Assembly: GCF_001194135.2 (NCBI RefSeq)
Contig: NC_068988.1
Coordinates: 63,062,555-63,101,573 of the forward strand
Reading direction: 5' to 3'
Length of the DNA: 39,019 bases
Source: Octopus bimaculoides
Lineage: Eukaryota
Below are positions 36,857 to 39,019 of the stretch, piece by piece. The notes beneath the pieces were generated by a model, which saw only the letters and a list, made by a program, of their open reading frames with translations, ran no database searches and was not told the DNA's origin. Every line of letters begins with the position of its first letter. The first letter of the stretch is position 1. Both the position numbers and the translations under genes were made by a program.

Positions 36857-38200
36857 ATATTCTGAATATATATATATATGTACAACCACACACACACATA
36901 TATATATTTATAGTTTTAGATATTATCGTATTACATTGTTGATATTGTACACAGTTCCATATTCGTTGAGGAATGATTTAAACTGTGAATATTTTCTGAC
37001 GTCTTCCATATTCTCAGAAAATGGAACAATATTTTTCTTAAATTTTCTTAAACCAGGAACACTGCAATAGTAATTACAGAATTAATGATTAGAAAATTGA
37101 CGCTTTTAAAGTAGCATGCAGTATTGTATACGATTCACAGGAAAACATGTTTTCGTTGAATGTAAACAAAAATATGGAGAGCAAAATATTATTTTACCTT
37201 CCTTATCTGTTGTTTTAATTTTAATTAATTGACTTATTTTTATATTCGTTAATTGCTTTCTTTCTTTGCCAAATGTTATGCAGCTCAGCATGTACCGCGT
37301 TCTCGTGAAAGAATTCAGAGTGAATAAACATAACACGGAGAGTATGAGGGTTTGCAAAAACACTTAAAATTAGTTTAAGAAATCCGCATTGAATTCGCAC
37401 GGATCTAATTCTTTTAGCTTAATTATTGCTGCCATACATCATTGATACATACATATATATATATCTCTCNNNNNNNNNNNNNNNNNNNNNNNNNNNNNNN
37501 NNNNNNNNNNNNNNNNNNNNNNNNNNNNNNNNNNNNNNNNNNNNNNNNNNNNNNNNNNNNNNNNNNNNNNNNNNNNNNNNNNNNNNNNNNNNNNNNNNNN
37601 NNNNNNNNNNNNNNNNNNNNNNNNNNNNNNNNNNNNNNNNNNNNNNNNNNNNNNNNNNNNNNNNNNNNNNNNNNNNNNNNNNNNNNNNNNNNNNNNNNNN
37701 NNNNNNNNNNNNNNNNNNNNNNNNNNNNNNNNNNNNNNNNNNNNNNNNNNNNNNNNNNNNNNNNNNNNNNNNNNNNNNNNNNNNNNNNNNNNNNNNNNNN
37801 NNNNNNNNNNNNNNNNNNNNNNNNNNNNNNNNNNNNNNNNNNNNNNNNNNNNNNNNNNNNNNNNNNNNNNNNNNNNNNNNNNNNNNNNNNNNNNNNNNNN
37901 NNNNNNNNNNNNNNNNNNNNNNNNNNNNNNNNNNNNNNNNNNNNNNNNNNNNNNNNNNNNNNNNNNNNNNNNNNNNNNNNNNNNNNNNNNNNNNNNNNNN
38001 NNNNNNNNNNNNNNNNNNNNNNNNNNNNNNNNNNNNNNNNNNNNNNNNNNNNNNNNNNNNNNNNNNNNNNNNNNNNNNNNNNNNNNNNNNNNNNNNNNNN
38101 NNNNNNNNNNNNNNNNNNNNNNNNNNNNNNNNNNNNNNNNNNNNNNNNNNNNNNNNNNNNNNNNNNNNNNNNNNNNNNNNNNNNNNNNNNNNNNNNNNNN

Positions 38201-38264
38201 GGTGGTGCTCCAGCATAACCACAGCCACTTGGCTGAAACCCATAAATAAATAAATAAATAAAAA
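38201..38264 (+). mobile_element. SINE family A-like 3' end with (TAAA)n tail, emerging from a gap
   Basis: ggtggtgctccagcataaccacagcc...gctgaaac followed by (TAAA)n; matches the family A tail. Confidence 0.75.
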
Positions 38265-38271
38265 TATACAC

Positions 38272-38274
<3 letters not shown>

Positions 38275-38336
<62 letters not shown>

Positions 38337-38345
38337 TATAAAATA
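38275..38345. repeat. (TA)n(TATG)n microsatellite
   Basis: Directly visible. Confidence 0.9.
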
Positions 38346-39019
38346 TACATACATGTGTATTTCTATTCGTGTGTTTCTGTGTGTGTCTGTATATACGTGT
38401 GAGTATATATATATTATATATACATTGGGAATGTTCAGTTCATGTTATACCGGAAGAAAGCGACCACCTCTATATTGTGAATATAAACAAAAATCAAAAA
38501 TGAAAACGAAATATACAAATAAAATTAGATAGACAATGGCCAAATGTTCAATGCACTTTCCTCTACTGATTTTTATATGCATATTTAATATACTTTACCA
38601 CATAAATTTGCGCATCATATTTAATATTAAGTGAATTTATTTCATATCTGGAGTATCTTTTGAGTCTTCTTATACAATATGCACACGCTCTTCTTTCCTT
38701 ATCAATTTCCGAATTGCAACCACTCCAGGTGAATCCTTGTCATATATACGTCCAACTTCAGATCCATACCCGATTCTGTGACGAAAGCCCAGATATGCTT
38801 TGAAGCTTATATTAAAGTGAAGGCCTGCATATGTAATAGCGTAGGATTTACGATAGAATCTTTGAAATGAAATGATGTTTCAAAGGATATTTTCTCAATA
38901 TTGAAGATTCGAAAAAGAATCTATATTTATTTGAAGCCCACACAAACACGAATATGGTTACATGTGAATGTGCGAGTGTATGTATATGTGTGCGTGTATA
39001 TGTATACATCTATGTATGT

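Overview
AT-rich, microsatellite-dense eukaryotic DNA with 13 N-gaps (about 5.9 kb by my count, ~15% of the window). Nearly all ORFs in the supplied track are artefacts of microsatellites or N-runs, and I cannot support any protein-coding gene. The identifiable content is transposable-element debris. It includes at least 14 copies or fragments of three tRNA-derived SINE families that I recall as Octopus repeats, so the source is probably an octopus draft assembly (inference from memory, not a database search). It also holds a 637-bp internally deleted Tc1/mariner element that retains both TIRs, TA flanks and transposase motifs, a second mariner 3' remnant, an RTE-clade LINE RT C-terminal remnant and a Helentron/HINE-like end. 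The most striking structure is a 452-bp fold-back: 153-bp ungapped inverted arms, 88% identical by manual count, each carrying a degenerate hammerhead-like core. A few splice-site-bounded exon candidates are listed at low confidence. I found no convincing novel biological system; the window looks intergenic or intronic.
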